55,527 bases of DNA. It comes from Victivallaceae bacterium (lineage in GTDB: Bacteria; Verrucomicrobiota; Lentisphaeria; Victivallales; Victivallaceae). A model generated the notes under the pieces. The model made no database searches. It worked only from the letters and a program-made list of their open reading frames with translations, and had not been told where the DNA came from. Made by a program: the position numbers and the translations under genes. Shown piece after piece: positions 55,031 to 55,527 of the stretch; positions within the stretch are counted from its first letter, which is position 1, and the number at the start of each line of letters is the position of its first letter. The stretch is taken from the NCBI GenBank assembly GCA_045587205.1, contig JAZNBV010000079.1:1-55527 (forward strand). The letters run 5' to 3'.

Positions 55031-55527
55031 ATGAAATATCTGATTTTTCTCATCGCATTTATGGGCGTACTGCCGCTTGGGTATATACTTACCTTGAACC
55101 GTAAGTATATGCGCTGTGCTTTTCTGGCGGTATTGCTTCCGGTGATGATGTTCAATCAGGTATCGATCAACTTTTTCTCCTATGAAACCTATCGGGGGAC
55201 TTCCAGAGGTATGGAAGTATCGCTGGTTTATCTGATCGCACTGGCAATGTTGATCGGCATGTGGATACTCTACCGGAAAAAGCCGCTATTGCCGGATACC
55301 GGAAGTAAAATCTATTTGGTATATTTTCTTTTGTGCATACCCTCGCTGATAAATGCGGACAATGTGCTTTTCAGCTGGTTTGAAATGTGGAAAATGATAA
55401 TGATGTATATCGTTTTTCTCTGTACCTATTATTATTTATATTACACACGGGACTTCAATACCGTGATGATCGGCTTCGGGATCGTGGCAGCGGTCACTTT
55501 TCTAACTGTGGTATTCCAGCACGTCAA
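55031..55527 (+). CDS. Polytopic membrane protein, probably an O-antigen/EPS polymerase or ligase (Wzy-like); 3'-truncated by the window end
   Basis: Starts 5 nt after the wza-like stop. At least 5 hydrophobic helices with no stop before the window end. The assignment rests on context and topology. Confidence 0.3.
   Translation, partial: MKYLIFLIAFMGVLPLGYILTLNRKYMRCAFLAVLLPVMMFNQVSINFFSYETYRGTSRGMEVSLVYLIALAMLIGMWILYRKKPLLPDTGSKIYLVYFLLCIPSLINADNVLFSWFEMWKMIMMYIVFLCTYYYLYYTRDFNTVMIGFGIVAAVTFLTVVFQHV

Noticed and set aside
1-55527. Scan for CRISPR arrays, rRNA/tRNA genes, IS elements or integrases
   Set aside because: No direct-repeat/spacer arrays, no tRNA-like cloverleaf candidates in intergenic regions, and no transposase or integrase-like ORFs were found. 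The intergenic regions are short and explained by promoters and terminators.

Overview
The window is a 55.5 kb bacterial chromosomal segment with 42 protein-coding genes and no rRNA, tRNA or CRISPR features. I could not see any transposase, integrase or other obvious mobile-element gene in it. The BamE-like lipoprotein, the exosortase system and the [FeFe]-hydrogenase suggest a Gram-negative, anaerobic, fermentative organism, but the sequence alone does not let me name the taxon. Going from 5' to 3', the window holds the following.

1. Three tandem, diverged paralogs of an unusually long (~780 aa) sodium:solute-symporter (SSS)-family transporter on the minus strand (198-7652). Each has its own rho-independent terminator. 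The same strand continues with a phosphodiester-glycosidase-like secreted protein and a PTS-EIIA(Ntr)-like/CBS fusion.
2. A neurotransmitter:sodium symporter (NSS)-family transporter, xseB, a DUF1846/UPF0371 protein, and a minus-strand GT1 - SPFH - GNAT operon.
3. A D-Ala-D-Ala carboxypeptidase and a processive GT2 synthase. These are followed by a translationally coupled three-gene operon of unknown proteins; the first has tail-fibre-like internal repeats.
4. A BamE-like lipoprotein, an AI-2E transporter with a large N-terminal extension, and purM.
5. A minus-strand operon PstS-like - Hanks Ser/Thr kinase - metallophosphoesterase - TrkH - TrkA.
6. Two adjacent but separately transcribed flavin-based electron-bifurcation-type modules. 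The first is NuoE-like/NuoF-like plus a GltD-like subunit (a Stn/Nfn-type architecture). The second is HydC/HydB/HydA, a trimeric [FeFe]-hydrogenase.
7. An ~11 kb exosortase / PEP-CTERM-like exopolysaccharide operon, truncated at the window end. It encodes a candidate sorting substrate, a TPR protein, an exosortase, an EpsI-like protein, a sugar transferase, two nucleotidyltransferase-like proteins, Wzz-like, Wza-like and Wzy-like proteins.

All calls rest on motifs read directly from the translations. No database search was possible.
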